In this document: positions 62,669 through 64,000 of the stretch, one piece after another
How positions within the stretch are numbered: the first letter of the stretch is position 1
Layout of the letters: each line of letters starts with the position of its first letter
Assembly: GCA_010015805.1 (NCBI GenBank)
Contig: ML978121.1
Coordinates: forward strand, 3,348,001 to 3,412,000
DNA: 64,000 bases
From: Rhizodiscina lignyota
Lineage: Eukaryota
Direction of reading: 5' to 3'
The notes under the pieces: generated by a model
Told to the model about the DNA's origin: nothing
Databases searched by the model: none
Seen by the model: only the letters and a program-made list of their open reading frames with translations
Made by a program: the position numbers and the translations under genes

Positions 62669-63409
62669 GGGTGAGGAGTGCTTGCGATCAACGCAGAGGT
62701 GTAAGAGAGATGAGGTTGAAGAGAAGTGATGTGTAAGGAAGAAGGCGGAAGAAAGGCGTAGTGTAGAGAAGGAAAGAGAGAGAGTTGCGCCGACGAGAAG
62801 TGGGTTGTGCTGCGGTGGCGCGCACAGTCCAGGTTTTCCGTAAACGATATCGAGGTGGTCGGCCCGCAGCTACTTCATCAATAGGCCCGCCACCTACATT
62901 TACTTTTTCCTATTGTCCGCGGCTTTAAGAAAAGCGAATGGCTGGCCGCTCAATAAAAGGCGGCGCAGTGCTTGCCATTCTTCTGGGCGACAATGGCAGT
63001 TTGCTTTTCATTCTCAACCGGTTTGGGAAAACGCCACGCCCACCGATTGGGAAAACCTCACGGACACTTCACGATCTCACTCCCTATCCCCGCCACGTGA
63101 CCTGTGACTTTGTTGTCCATGTCTCAATTGTGCAGGGATAAAACAGCACATTGCGCATGAGATGCAGCCACAGAAAGTGTATTGCTACATGCCGAACGCT
63201 TCGCTTGTAACTAAGCTAACACGCGAAACGCAAAGATTCCATCGCCTGCCAGAACCAGCCAACATGGGCGCTTCGTCAGCAGATATGAAATCAAAGCTTA
63301 ACCAAGGCCGAAAAGAGGCATGTTACCGACTTGAGAAGACGCCATGCAACCTGCAGTATTTTACATCAGTGAATCGCCCCCAGAGAATCCCATACCATAT
63401 CCGACGCCC

Positions 63410-64000
63410 TCATGATGTTGCTCCGAGAACGTTTAGGGCCCCCTCCTCGGTCAATGCCACTAAGGACTGGGCGTTTGCGCCCCAAGTAAGTGAGACCGCA
63501 GAGATGGCCTTTCGGAAAGGCTCTGACCATTTCTTCGACGACTTGGCGTATTGCTGCACTGCGACGCAGCCAGGTCCCGCAACTGCAAGGAATTGTCCGG
63601 TGTAATCCCACTTTGCGGAGATCACTTGACTTCCAATCTCGACCTGGTGAATGACTGCAGCTTTCCGGAGATCCCACACAGACACGCCAGTCTGGCCTCG
63701 GGAAGCGGATGCCAGCCAGATACCGTTTTCAGAGAAGGACAACGCCTGGATAGGACCCTCTCCCTCAAATGTAGCAGCCACTTCTCCAGAAGTGACGTCG
63801 TAGAGTCGAATCTGGCCGCCCTTAGATCCAGCTGCGAACAGGTGACCGTCTGGATGGAATTCGCCACACGAGAGTTCTGCCAACACAGAGTCAGCGCCGC
63901 ACAAGATTTCTGCAAACAGAGTATCGCATTTTCTGATAACGGAATGGTTGGTGACTTACCGGAATCCGTGAGGATTCGGGAAACGACCTTCATGGTCGTC
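63410..64000 (-). CDS. PRP19: Pre-mRNA splicing factor Prp19, 3' WD40 portion (runs off the window)
   Basis: Intron 63959-63877. Motifs FHPDGHLFAAG, ALSFSENGIWLA, VWDLRK and WDYTGQFLAVAG. Confidence 0.92.

Overview
Gene-dense (~52% GC) nuclear DNA of a filamentous ascomycete (Pezizomycotina; a Dothideomycete is my guess), with short GT-AG introns carrying CTRAY branch sites. I rebuilt exon structures by hand for about 21 protein-coding genes: a Yap3/Fcr3-like bZIP, PLP2, CAB2, an MFS transporter, a Pro-rich orphan, a membrane-anchored CBM18+AA5 copper radical oxidase, a small secreted Cys protein, MAS2, DMA1, a PhzF-family enzyme, a 4-exon secreted Thr/Lys/Tyr-rich protein not captured by the ORF track, a bestrophin-like channel, an S28 peptidase, a Zn2Cys6 factor, NHP2, an Aur1/PAP2-type membrane protein, PHS1, an LDB19-type arrestin, an SLX5-like RING protein and the 3' part of PRP19. 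I found no tRNA, rRNA, CRISPR or intact transposon. The most unusual signals are: (1) a 1.45-kb intergenic higher-order array built on a 55-bp monomer; (2) an otherwise intact S28 peptidase with one in-frame TGA at a probable Trp position; (3) an 82-bp tandem duplication of the MFS gene end whose three coding differences are all synonymous; (4) an articulin/alveolin-like secreted protein; (5) diverged ~115-bp repeats on both sides of an effector-like gene; (6) a PhzF-family enzyme ending in a PTS1 signal. All alignments were made by eye and no databases were searched.
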